NCBI GenBank assembly: GCA_907165135.1
Contig: OU015568.1
Coordinates: 8,742,001-8,806,000 of the forward strand
Length of the DNA: 64,000 bases
Direction: 5' to 3'
DNA from: Oikopleura dioica
Lineage: Eukaryota; Animalia; Chordata
Within the stretch, counting starts at the first letter, position 1. Every line of letters starts with the position of its first letter. The translations under genes were made by a program, and so were the position numbers. The notes beneath the pieces were generated by a model. That model was not told the DNA's origin, ran no database searches, and saw only the letters and a list, made by a program, of their open reading frames with translations. Shown piece after piece: positions 12,296-24,669 of the stretch.

Positions 12296-12998
12296 TCACA
12301 CTCCGACATAAATTCTTTGATGACCTCCAACAAACTCACATTGGTAGGGACATTTGTCTCCTCCCCAGTTTAGGAAACATCGTTCTCCGACAATATGGCC
12401 ACAGGGGCGAAGGACGACACGATGATGACCCTGATTATCGTATTGACGTGTGCAAATAACGCAGTTTTCGAACTTGTCCAAATCTAGTGAGGAAGTCAGA
12501 AACTACTGTAAATATTACGGGCTCGTTACTTATTCGCGCCTGGATTATAGCACCGGCATTCGCCTGCGTGGCTCGAATGGTTGCTTGAAATTCTGCCTCA
12601 AGCTGGCGTTCCTCTTGTTCGTAAGCGTCATTTTCAGCGATAAACTCTCTTTTATGGGTGAAAAAATATGAAGTCTCAAAATATAATGTCATTTATATGA
12701 CCTCTCCTGGTGGTTTGATGAATTTCGGGCCGTCGATTTTGATCAATTTGCATCTTCAGAAGTTCTATCTCTTGAGTTAGAGTGGCCACAGTTCTTTTAC
12801 TTTTGTTGTAGATTCTCTATATTGAATTACATATAAATAAAAATTCATTAACGAGAATACCTTTAGACCTTTATTGCGCATTTCCAAATTTTCAACCTTA
12901 TTTTTTAGATTGGCTATCATAACGTAGGTCTCTGGATTGTGTATCTCTTGATGACCATGAGGCTGAGGACCGTGCCGCTGTGGCGGTGAATTACCCAT
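12296..12998 (-). CDS. MG-N-start coiled-coil protein with one atypical RING (RING gene 1)
   Basis: Starts MGNSPP; coiled coil; CVIC...VLRPCGHIVGERC...CPYQC; stop at 12296. Confidence 0.85.
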
Positions 12999-13384
12999 TT
13001 TTCCTTCAGAACAGGACTGAATCTTTCTTTTGCTACGAGGGAAAATGGTCAAATATTTAGCTTGCGAACGAAAATCTTGATATGATTTTATGGTGTCAAA
13101 AACGTCAGAAGATAGCTGAACGAGAGTTTATTTCATGCAAGTTTTCATTTTCAAAATATGATTTTTGTATAGACAGATGTGATGAGTTTTTGAACAGATA
13201 AGAAGACACTGAATCGAAAGTAAAAAAATTTACAAACTACGGAAGTGACATAATAATAACAGTAATTATAGCAGTATTTAAAGTTTTAAATCAGTGAGTT
13301 GATTCGCAGACGATGGACAAGTCCTTTTCAGACTTGTATAATTAATTAGTTACTTCATTTGCTAATTAATTCTAGCGACAATGT

Positions 13385-16300
13385 TTATCTTGTCTTCACA
13401 TTATGGGCTGCCTCTGTGTGGCGACGCAGCTCTACTTTCTTTTGGAAGGCTTCGTCGCAGAGATCGCATGCAAAAGGCTTGACTCCGGCGTGTTTGCGCA
13501 TGTGAGTGATGAGATTCGAGGACTGGGAGAAGGCTTTCGAGCAGACGCGGCATTTGTGCGGCTTTTCTCCTGAAATTAACGCGTTAGAGCGTCAAAAAAA
13601 AAGGGATGAGAAAGAACCTGTATGAATGTAGGTATGCTTCTTCATATCCGACTTCTGGTGAAATCGTTTTCCACAAAATGGGCACGGGAACGGCCTCGTA
13701 TCAGAATGGATCAGCAAGTGAGTTGACAGCGTCGAAGACCGCTTGAAAACTTTCTGGCAGACGTGGCATTCGAAAATCTACAAAAGAAAAGTAAAAAAAA
13801 GAAGGCGGATTCTTATCAGTGTTGAAAAGTGTGACTTTAATTCTGCGTGGTTCTGTATCTGTTTTTGTGGTTCGGCCGATAAGCGACTCGCCCCTCTCAT
13901 TTTCTGCGGGCGCTAGAAAAAATCACAAACCAAACAAGCCCGTGTGAAATCATAAACCACAATTACCACATGCGTATTTCCTGAAGAATATGCAATTAAT
14001 TCCACTCTTGTTGCACTTATCGCTATAGAATGAGTTTCCCACAGAGGTTGGTTATGCAAATACTTTGAGATTGATATCAACGAGGAAAATATTGAAAAGA
14101 AATTACGGTTTCTTTTTGGCTTTGAAAATAGTGGTATAAAACGCTACTATTGTTAAAACTTATAAAAGTTCACAGATGTTGCTTTGAGCAAATCGAACGT
14201 AAGAATTCTCGACTGTGTATGTGTCTTTAAATCCCCGTGCGGCTGCTTTGGGTAATTATTCTTTATCAACGTTCTTTAGTCCCGCAGGTGAGCAGGTAGA
14301 TTTGAAATGCTCCTGGTTTAAAAATTAACAAAGTGGGGAGTGAATTGAATCGACTTCCCCTTTTTTACTCATGAATAACTAATTCCAGCTTCTCGTCAGA
14401 CTCTTGCGGAGACTCGATCAATTTCACAAATCGAAATCGTCGAAAAAAAGACGCAATGAATAAGTGATCATCAGCCGGATCATACTTTATATTTTATTAT
14501 TGGATTGACGATCTGAAAACGATTAACGAAAAGCCACCGATCAATGCCACAAAGGCAGAATATCGAAACCACGATCCCTGGCTAAATCTAACCATAAATA
14601 ATAAAGCAACTTCGAGGTCTATTTGCTCTGAAACTAAGGTGGTAGACGTCGAAAAGCAGTGCTGTATATGCTGATTTGCGAATCTGTCAGATTTGATAAC
14701 CCTGGCCGACTCTCGGTGCAGCAGGTGTCGGTGGGTTGGAAGGACGGGCGCTGTCCAGCTAAAGCAACACGCGATAAGCACGTCTGATAATAACCCGTAA
14801 ACCGGCGAAAAGCACAATTTAAACAGATAACAGAATAAACCTTCCTTTCCTAGCGCGTTTCAAAAAATTTCCTGTCCTATCTTTCTGATTACAGATTAAG
14901 CTGTCAGGCTTTGCTCTTTGAAGTTTCGAGGAGGAAAAATATACAGCTGGTTGATAGAGCTTTTAGAAAAATTAGAAAATTAAAGATTTACCTTGTCATT
15001 TGAGACGCTTCCGGACGACTCTTCCGAGTTTGCCTCGTCGTGTGCCACATGGTCATCGACAACGCCGTGGATTACTCGTCGATGAGACTTAATTAGATGA
15101 TTAGATTTAATTTGATTGAGTGTTTATAAGGTTTTATAGAACTGGTATTGAAAAAGAAGGGATGCATTTTTGAAGAGATGAAATTTTTAAGAGCGCCAAA
15201 GATGAAAAGTTCTATTTTTATAATGTCTAAGAATATGATGTTGGATTTTGGCAACACTCTGTGTCAAGTATCGGCGTTGTTTGATTAGGTACTCGATGTG
15301 AGCCCATTGTGGCTGATTGTTGGACACTTGAGGGCCCTGAGCGTTTTAGCCAGTTTTTGGTGAAAATACGCCACCCAGTTAGGGAATCAAGACGCGAGAG
15401 GAAGACGGGCCCTTCAATTTTGAAAAACGGCCGCCAAGAAAAAAAAAGGTTGAGTCTCTTCCTCAGCGCCCTTTGCTAATCCATCGAAAGTACTTGAGCA
15501 TTTGTTGTGAGCGAAAACCTGGAATCATTCTTTCCAGCGGATAAGGAAGTGAAAAACCTTCCGTAGATTTAGTGCCTTCGATTTGCATGGAAAACAATGC
15601 ATTAGAGATATTTTTCAGCTACGGTATATTTCCGAGCCTATCATTAAAAAAAAGCATCATTATTTCAACCGTAAATTTTCTCCGGTGAACATATTTCGAT
15701 GAACCGAAATATAGGTTCAATGAATGAACTATAGCTTGGCCTTTATGCTTAATTTGTTTAAATGATCCTCATGCCTATTAGATCAGATGCGACAGAAATT
15801 ACAGGATTATGTCTTGAAGATTTCGCATATTGTAAAATGGTCAAAACGCGACGTCTAATTGATATTTTTGTCTTACCTCCAGTTCTCGCAGTGTGACGAA
15901 GGAAGTTAGGCAACTCGGACAATTGTATTGGCCGCCCTTGTCTCCTTGGCAGATCTTTCGCAAGTTGTTTAGCTGAATCTGAAAATAATGGTAAGAAAGT
16001 GGAGTGCTGTCAATCTGCAGTGGAGTATGGATGGAGATTGAGCAATTTTAAAGCAATTGAATTTAGTACTTTTGTAATTTATATTGTCGAGTGTGGTGCT
16101 ATTAAAAAGATTAATGTATGATTTGAGGAATCGCACACAGAGAAAAGAACTCAAATCCTTGCTACAGATTCATGGATCAGTGAACACTGATTTGATGTCT
16201 TATATAAAACATTGTATAATCAGCATCTAAAATCACCTGAGAAGTTATCATAGCCGACTGCTTCTTGAGCTGCTCGATCACTGCTATTTGGTGGTAGTGG

Positions 16301-18906
16301 TTTACCATTTGACCCCGTGCCTCCTAAGGAATATTGGTAGATATATGGTTTTATGTGCACTTACGATTTCTTTTGGTTTCAAACTATCTCTCGCCATTGA
16401 AACCAGTTGATAGATATCCATCACTGAAGGGCTGTTCAGACTGACTGGCGGTCTATGATTCGCAGACATCGCCTGATGAGCCGCTTGTTTTTGCTGCTGC
16501 TGTTGATAATGAAGACTTGCAAGCAATGGCGATTTGTTGAGAAGATTCAGGAGGCCGAGAGCTGGATTTGACTGCTGCATTGCGGGGAGGCTTTGTCCTA
16601 TCCCTGGCGGTGTTTGAAGCATTCCCGGACGCATGGAAGGAAACGGCAGGGCCTGAGGAGTGTGTCCGAGGCGCAGGGGACCGTACGGGCCAGTCGGCGA
16701 TTGGTTGAGAGACGGAGCGGAATGGCGCCCCAAAGTGGCGGGCGGAAAACGGGCTGGCGCGGTCGGTATTTCCATGTTCCGTTTTTCTAAATGTTTCTCT
16801 TCAGTAAGCGTCTTTTTAAATAAAATATTCATATCTCTAACTATCAGTTTTCATAAAACGCATGAATCAGGACGTCTTGATTAAGAATCGAAGTCTTTAT
16901 CTTTTCATGCGTAAAAAAACATGCGCCCCCACTCGTGGATGCAAGCTTTCAAAACCCCCATAATTAAAGGCAAATAGCAATCGATTACAAAAGAGTTTAC
17001 ATAAAAAAGTGGGGAAAGGGTAGTGTACTTATTTTCTGATGCTGCTTTTTTTTGAGGTCCGGTAAAAGTATTTCAAATGAAGTGCAGCGCTTGCTGGCGC
17101 AAGAGACAATAGATTTAGCGCAGTTATTGCTTGATTCGAGTTATGAAAGCATTTCATAACTTGATTCATACTTTTCCCAAAGTCAAAAAATAGACAAATG
17201 CAATTGTATATATTCATGCAAAAACGCACTTGCTGGATTTAAATTTAAATATAGCATGCATAAGTACATGTATACATTTTGATCTGAGACAGTTATTGTA
17301 ATTATGAAAAGTGATAGAGCGTAAAAGCAGCAACAGAGACGCATTGAAAATGAATTTTAAAATCCTTGTCCAACATACTTATAAAATAATTGCTAAAGAA
17401 AAAGTGATGCTTAGTTTCGGTATTTTTGTTAAAAATTATAAGAGACTGCATATAACCAAAAATCTTATATGAAGGGGCAATATAATAAGATATATTAAAT
17501 TATGATTGTATGTTCCTTTTCTAAGTATTTTCTTTTTGTTATTTGAGGTTGAAACCTTTCTGAGCTTGTCCTTTTTTACTGTTATTCTAACCTTATCACC
17601 GAAAAAGCGCGATAAGAGACCGCCGCGTCTGATTTGGCGCGTGTACTCAGCTGGGTAGCTTCGCCCAAGCAAAAGCTGGCCGTTTTAAAGCTGTGGTTTG
17701 AAAACGCTTAGCTTACCGTTGCTGCGGATTATGCTGAGGAGCTCGGCAAGGGCTTTTGGATTTGGAGCTGAAGAAGTGTTTGCTGGAAGATTTTGCTGGA
17801 AAAGGTGAGCTGGGTCTGGAGCGGTGGGGATTCCAGGGGGTCGCCAGACGTTTCGATTGGAGATTCCAGCTAGAATTGAATTTTTATCAGATCTCTAGGC
17901 CGTTTTAATTTCTCAAAAATATGATTTTATTAATTTTTTTCTTCTTCAAACTAGTGAGATTCTTCCCGTAAAACAGTTGATGATTAATCTTATCCTGTAT
18001 ATTTTCCAATAAAAAAAAGACGTCGGAATACGCTCGTATATACTTACCATGAATATCATTATCTTTGGCTCCTTGCGAAGGCGCATTTGGAATCTCTTCC
18101 GCAGACGTCTCTGAAGTACTGTCCGTAGTTTTGAAGCTCAAATCTATCGCTTCATCTGAGCTTGATTTTCGGGACCGTTTGGCTGACATAGGAGAGCTAC
18201 TGCTAGCGGACTGCTCGAGCTTGCGCTTCAGTGTTTTCTGAAGCTTCTCCAAAGAAGGAGTCAAAGATACCGGCTGAGAAGTGGCTCCGACCGAGGAGGG
18301 ATGGAGATTTATCGGTGCTGAAATTGAGGCTTTCGTAAGTTCTTATATGTGCATGAGGATGATGCTAAAGACGAGTTGAAAGTTGTGATTAGAGATAACT
18401 TTTCGGAAAAATATGATTTAAAAAAAATCAGACTTCATCATTTTTGGATAGATTTATAGTTTTCGGTTGAAATTAAGAACTCTTCCTTGAATTTCTGTGC
18501 TCAACTTTTGTCCATAAAATGGAGGAAAAGTTCTTGGTTCCTTTTTGAGCTGGTTCTCTACTTTTTGACATATCATCTCCATCTCTTGTTCGATTGAATT
18601 TTCTGATCGAAAAAAGCAAAGTTGATTGTTGTTGCTATCAAAGCTGGAGCTTTGAGTTTCTGCTTTTGAGCTGTGATAGTTTGATTTGAGTGATGTAAAT
18701 GCTCGGGGGTAATTGTCGAAGGTGCTACAGGAGGTGGAACATGGCTTCGGTGGCGGAGTGGCTTTGGTGCTCGCGCTGCGGCGCCACCACTCGTCGACAG
18801 CGCCATCGTCGACGCAAAAATCACTGCAAGGCGAGGACGAATCAGAAACTGGCTCGGTTTCCTTCTGAAGGTATCGCTTCAAAATCTCTTTCTTCTGGTA
18901 AATCAT
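13385..18906 (-). CDS. GFI1: Gfi1/senseless-family C2H2 zinc-finger transcription factor; 5' end uncertain
   Basis: Exons 13618-13772 and 13385-13569 encode [42 protein letters not shown]|[24 protein letters not shown]...FQRKVELRRH, which match Gfi1 fingers 3-6. An upstream split finger YNCPSC...LE|SHRRVIH is present. Pro/Gln-rich exons at 16.3-18.9 kb join in consistent phase and include VWRPP and AIDLS. Confidence 0.9.
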
Positions 18907-21145
18907 GCTTTCAAAATATACCGTCAAAATATATGTGATTCTCTTAGCAGCTCCTGCTAAGGACTAAATCTTAATCTGAACCGGAAGTAAATAAGACTTA
19001 AAGGTCCTGTATGTTTAGTTTCCGCTGCGCTGTGAGATCGAAAACATAAATTGGAGACCATTAATTGTAGATTTTTTATAAATACAAATTTTAAAGCAAA
19101 ATAAGGGTCTCCTTACAGAAGATTTTTTCAAAAGGCTAATTAAAATATAGTTTGAAATCTAAGTCTCAAAGAAAAAAATTGTACAGTAAGATTTATAAGT
19201 TTTTCTCAGTAGGATGATAAGCTGAGATTAAAGAGCATCGAAATCTTATATGGTCATGGTAATTCATGGTTACGCGCGCAAAGCTGATCCGAACACGGCA
19301 CCGGTCAGCCAGAATAAATAGTCCGATTGATTTCCCGCGGTGGGCTTATCGCGGTCCCCAAATTGTACCCCTACCACTTCCATATACAATCACACGCTCA
19401 CCAATATGCTTTCTTCTTATTACAAGCTCAAATCTTCTGGCTGAGTCTTTCTAAAGCACAGATCTTGTCCTCTTTACTTTTCTATTTTTATCAAAATTGA
19501 CCCAAAAAAATGAGTCATCATTTTTATAGGATTAAAAAATTCAACCCCTTTTTCAAACATCAAAGATCTCCCATTTTCTCCGACTTATTCTTTTTGATAA
19601 AAATTTATTTTGTGTATTATCAGTTTCATTATTTTTCTTTTGAAAACGGAAGTTGCGGCTCGACTTTCGGATATCCAAACGTGGCTATTTTAACACCTTC
19701 CTTTAGCAAAGTGGAATCACATTCCCCCTTTTTCCTTCGACAATTTATTTTATTCACTTCCTGCCATTCGCAAAATCCTGTTTCGAATTGTCACTGGGAA
19801 ATTGGCTTCGGTTTATCCCTTTTTAGGTACGAGGGGATTAGACAATCCCGGTTCCTATCTAACTCGTTTTTTTGTTAATAAGTGAGACAGGCAGGAGCCG
19901 CGCGAGTCCGGTAAACCCGTAAAAGGGAATGATAAATCTTCCGGAACTTTTGGTCACAAAGACGTTATTGTTCATAATTACGGGCACAATGAAGAGAAGA
20001 CATTCTAAAATTCAACAGGGGATTTGACTGACTTACGAAATCGAGAATTTCATCGAGCTTCGTATTCGCAGGAATATCAAAAGGGGAAGGAACAGTCATT
20101 AGCAGATGCTTCTCATTTGAAAATCGACAATCTTTTACCCTAGTTTCCCAGATTTATCGAAAATCCAAATTTCGTATTTTAGTCGAAAATCCTAGCCTAG
20201 GATTCCTAGGGGACCTCTGTTGATCATTCATGATTAGCTAAAAATCGAAAGTCACGGTGAAAAAGGGGGTTTGAGGAAGGCGCTGCACCTGCCGCTCGGT
20301 AGTAGTAATCCCTGTCGAGCTAATCCGCTAATGGCTCAGTGCTGATGTCGGCGGCAAGGCGGCATTGAAAGAAAATCATGTGGGAGAGCCGCCGATCGAT
20401 CACACGCAACTTATCAAAAACCAACATCGTCCCTTGTCAATTTGAAAAAGGACAGTAATTCGAAATTGGCACCGCTGCAACTTTAATGCTTCTTCATCGA
20501 AATCTACAGAATATAGGACCTCTTATTAGGGCATTCTCGAAACGAGAGGAAAATCTGCTTGATTGCAATTTTCTCCTAATTGCATTAACGAGCAATGATT
20601 AAGTGCCGGAGGAATCTGCTTTGTAGGAAAAACAAATAACTGCCAAATTGAAAGATTGTTCGAGCGCTTGTTTATAAAATATAAAATGTAGCTTGGCGAT
20701 GGCTCAGAAAAATAATTCCTCCTTTGCTGTGTGAATTACTCAAGAGCCAAAATAGATTTAGCGCGGCCGATCGAGTGGACCCACCGGGCTGGAGAATGGT
20801 AGAAATGATTTGGAGAAACAACCGGTGGGAGAGATTGAAATTGCTGATAGTTTATGAGTTCTCTTAGCTTTTGATAAGCCTAAGGGATGTTTTTTCAACT
20901 AAATTGGTATTTTGAACAATTTGTTGAAACAAAGAAATTATGAAGAGGATAATTAGCTTTCGTAATCATTAACGTGGAAGTTCATTTTAATTAATTACAT
21001 GTATGACCGGAGAAATCTCATCTTTCTGATGAAGTCTGCCCCATAACAATTCTGAAAATGAGTTTTTTTTGTTGCTGACCGAAAAAGGGCACGTTAAAAT
21101 ACGTTAACCGCTGGAAATATGACGGAGCGCTAGTAACGGGTGACA

Positions 21146-21992
21146 ACGGATTCGGTTGGCCCAACTCCCGCTGAGTGAGAACGTGCAGGAGGTGTCGAGC
21201 CGAGTGAAGGAGATGCATGGGACCACGCCGCCGGTGTGCACTCCTGCAAAGACTGCTCCTGGGCCCAAGTCGGAGCAAGTCTCGGTCACCGAGACTCGGT
21301 GTGAGTCCTTGAGTAAACATAAACTGGGGGCATCTTGAGTCGGGAATTGTGATCAAGCACGGTCTAGATGATCTTCAAAACTGAAAATATGGAAGACTAA
21401 GAATTAGAATTCTCTGAAAACTTCCATGACAGGGTAAAATTTCATACTGATTCTGATGGCGCTATCGTTAAAGTCTTTTGATGATAGATTTTCGAAATAA
21501 ATCACTTCCAATTATTATCAGCTGCTTGAATCAAAGTAACAATCTTAATTACTTCCGGTTTGAAAGTAACTATGATATTGTCATGACATTGGGTTGCACA
21601 GGTCAAAGAGGCCGTTGAGAAGATAAGTCTATCAAGAAAAGCATTCGAAAGAAAATGGCCCGAAGATGGACATCACCAGAATCAGATTTTTTCATCCTGA
21701 TTCATTTCTGTGGTCAACAAACGATTTCTTCAAGCTGAATTTACGAATAAGAGGGGCCTGTCGATCAAGATCTGGATACTCCAGAGCGAGATTCATCTTG
21801 AATTTTTGACATTAATAACAAATTACGACTTCATAATCGTGATCAGCGATAAATTTTACCCTAGTTGATAATAAGACAGGAGCTGTCTCTGCAGGAGTTC
21901 ACACCGGCGGCGTGGTCCCTTGCATCTCCTTCACTCGGCTTAACACCTCCTGCACGTTTATACTCGGCGGGAGTTGGGCCAACCGAATCCGT
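21146..21992. repeat. Pair of ~117 bp inverted duplicates (~21146-21261 and ~21877-21992), about 90% identical
   Basis: AACGGATTCGGTTGGCCCAACTCCCGC...CTCCTGCAAAGACTGCTCCTG recurs reverse-complemented ~615 bp downstream with about ten substitutions. Confidence 0.85.
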
Positions 21993-22145
21993 TTTCCCCC
22001 CTAGTAACGCCCGAGGCAGCGAACCGAATTCTCCGGTCACCTCTGGTTCAACTTTGGTTTTGTGACCAAGGATGGCGGCGCCGGCATTTTTCAAATATCA
22101 ACCTTCTGAAAACAAAACACTCTCTCTTTCATTTTGTATTTCAAA

Positions 22146-23822
22146 ATGGCTGCTGATAGCGTCAGGCAGAGAGTGACCAAAACAGAAGACAACGAGGAGA
22201 ATGTGGAAAAAATAGTCGAAAGCGAAGATGGAAAGAGAAATTTTAATGTTTGGGCAGCGGCTGCGCAGTTTTTGGTCGGACTACTGATCGTTGTTGGCTC
22301 GATTTACAGTCAACTTGATACTCAACTAGTGAAACCGAAACCAATTGATCAAGGAAAAGTTTAAATTTTCTATATTTTCATTTGATATCGTTTTTTGACA
22401 TATTGAATCATTCAAAATAAAACTCTGAAAAAGTTGACAAAGATTTCGTCAATCACCTCCATGCGCACATTTACCTCGAAACCGCTGTTGGAAATGCTCT
22501 CGAGCCAAATGGCGACTTCTGGATCCGCCGTGAAGAACTCATCAACTCGGCCCGTCCCTCAGCTAGAAACTGCCTCGCCAAAGTTCCCGGTCATTTGATC
22601 ATCGATGATTTGCTCATGGACGATGTAAAGAATCAAGTCTTGCAGATCGCACTTTACATGCTCGATCATGTCGGGAAGAAGGGAAAAGACCATCGAACGA
22701 TTTGGGATCTGTACTTCAATACCCTCACGTATCCAGGATGGGACAAGATGATTTACAAAGGATCAGACGACGAAAGAGAGCACCTGCAAAGACGGCCTAA
22801 GCTGGAAAAATCTGAACCAGGCGAGGAAAATTCTCCAGAAGCAAAAAAGAAATGGGATGAATTCAAGAAAAAGGAGACCGAGTGGGTCGAAGAAAAACGA
22901 TCTTATGAAGGCAAACCAGGATCGGCCATTGACATTTTTGGTCACATGAAGCACGAGGAAGGAGTCGTCGGAGCTGCCATCTGGTCCCCTAGTCTTTACG
23001 ATCACGCCATTCCAGCGCTCATGCAAAATATTCCGCATGCCCGTAAGTTTCTTCAGGAAAATGTATGATGATATTAATTTTCATTTTAGTCATCAAGACC
23101 TTCAAAGGCAACGGCGATTTTTACTTCACATGGCCACTTCCTTTTGTCATGCACCACGCAGCCGAAGAAGACGAAGAACCGGCTTACACCAAGCCAGTCG
23201 TCCTTGGCTCTGGTTCTTCCTTGAAGAAACAGAAAAAATCTCGACTTCCTCATGTTGATTACGCTGTTGTTTGGTTCCTGTCCGACTCTCACAAAGGCGG
23301 GAATTTACTTCTTTCTAATCCAGTCACTGGGAAGAATATCACTATCGAAGCAAGACACAACCGAGCAGTCATGTTTACCACTGGCTCAGAGAACGTCATG
23401 AATTGGCAGAAAGTCACAGAAGGAAAACTCGTCTACATGATGTTCCATTTTTCCTGTGAACAAAGATACGACATGTCTTCAAATGGCAAACAGAGCGCGT
23501 TTCTTCCATACGGGTAAGGTCAAGTCAGAATAGAATTGAAATAATTTCATGCCTTTTTAGACATCTCAGAGCTCCAGAAACAGGTGTTCAACAAATCTTT
23601 GTCGATCTTGATCGAGGTCTCAATTTCGGCCTGGACGATCCAAGGTAAACACTCTCAGCATAACTCTTTTTAAAAATTTCTTCCAGATACAAGTCCCCTG
23701 AGGAAATTGCAGCGATGGACGTCAAGCCACTTGTTGATTCAACAGGAGAAATCGACGAATCCGTTGTCAGAGAAGAAGAAGATGATGACGAGGAAATTGT
23801 TATTGATGCTATTGAAGGATAG
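22146..23822 (+). CDS. OGFOD3: OGFOD3-like type II membrane 2OG-Fe(II) oxygenase-fold protein, apparently catalytically degenerate; 5 exons
   Basis: Short cytosolic N-terminus and a TM segment (AAAAQFLVGLLIVVGSIY). DYAVVWFLSD..GGNL, NITIEARHNRAVMFTTGSEN and FHFSC parallel the OGFOD3 C-terminal motif. Acidic tail ends TAG at 23820-23822. Confidence 0.7.
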
Positions 23823-24051
23823 CTTTTTCAAAAATGCTTTACTGAAAATAAAAATAAACTGCACAAAATTGAGTTTTAGAGGTTTTTCTAGAGCGAGTTT
23901 GACTCTCAAAACAAAACGGTGGGGACAAACTAGTTAATGTGGAACTGTTATTAGGGATGGTTCAAGGCCTGGTTCAAAAATTCATAAGTTTCGAGTGAAA
24001 CAACGAATGACTAACCAGAAATAAGGGAGGACATCTGTATATGGGCGACGG

Positions 24052-24669
24052 ATGTCGCTCGCTTTTCAAAAGCGAGACAGTGTCATAGGTTCTTCTGTGA
24101 TCCAGCGAGCGACGCAATTTGGAGCGACCTCGTCGATTGCTAGCATTCGGAAAAATGTAAAGGAGCGCAAAACGAGACAAGAAATAATCCAGGAGCAAAA
24201 AATGAAGGCTGAAGCGAAACAGCCAAGATGTCAGCCCTGGCGTCTTCCGAAATACAAGGATACAGTCATCTACGCTGGGAAGAAATCAACAACGATTCAA
24301 AAGATGGACGGCTTCGAGTATTTCTGCCCAGCTTGTAATGTTTCCTTCGCAAGTCATTTCGAGTATCAAAGCCATTTGATTCTCCGAGAACGTGCCAAGC
24401 CTTATGAAGAAGGATTGCGAGAAGTTGCCAAGCAAATAAAGGACTCGAGTTCTTACAATGAGCTCTTTACCGATATAATTTCTCGTAACGACATTCTTGT
24501 CGATGAAAAAAAATTATTGTCAACTCAGAAAAAGGAGCAAAATGATCGACTTTTACGATCAGAATCAAACACAGAAAGTTTAAAGATAATCAGAAGGAGC
24601 ATTTTCAAGTACAATGTCGGTAATTTACCGAAACGTAGAAGGAAAGGATCATTTTTTGGAAAACATTAA
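24052..24669 (+). CDS. Unknown basic protein with one C2H2-like finger
   Basis: 205-aa ATG ORF containing YFCPACNVSFASHFEYQSHL. May splice to downstream exons. Confidence 0.55.
   Translation: MSLAFQKRDSVIGSSVIQRATQFGATSSIASIRKNVKERKTRQEIIQEQKMKAEAKQPRCQPWRLPKYKDTVIYAGKKSTTIQKMDGFEYFCPACNVSFASHFEYQSHLILRERAKPYEEGLREVAKQIKDSSSYNELFTDIISRNDILVDEKKLLSTQKKEQNDRLLRSESNTESLKIIRRSIFKYNVGNLPKRRRKGSFFGKH

Noticed and set aside
21146-21992. Resemblance of the inverted duplicate to RNase P, RNase MRP or SRP RNA (AGGAGATGC..GGACC, CTAGTAACG, CCCAAGTCGGAGCAAGTC)
   Set aside because: Only short words match. The paired P4 motifs and the SRP GNRA loop are absent, so no ncRNA name was assigned.
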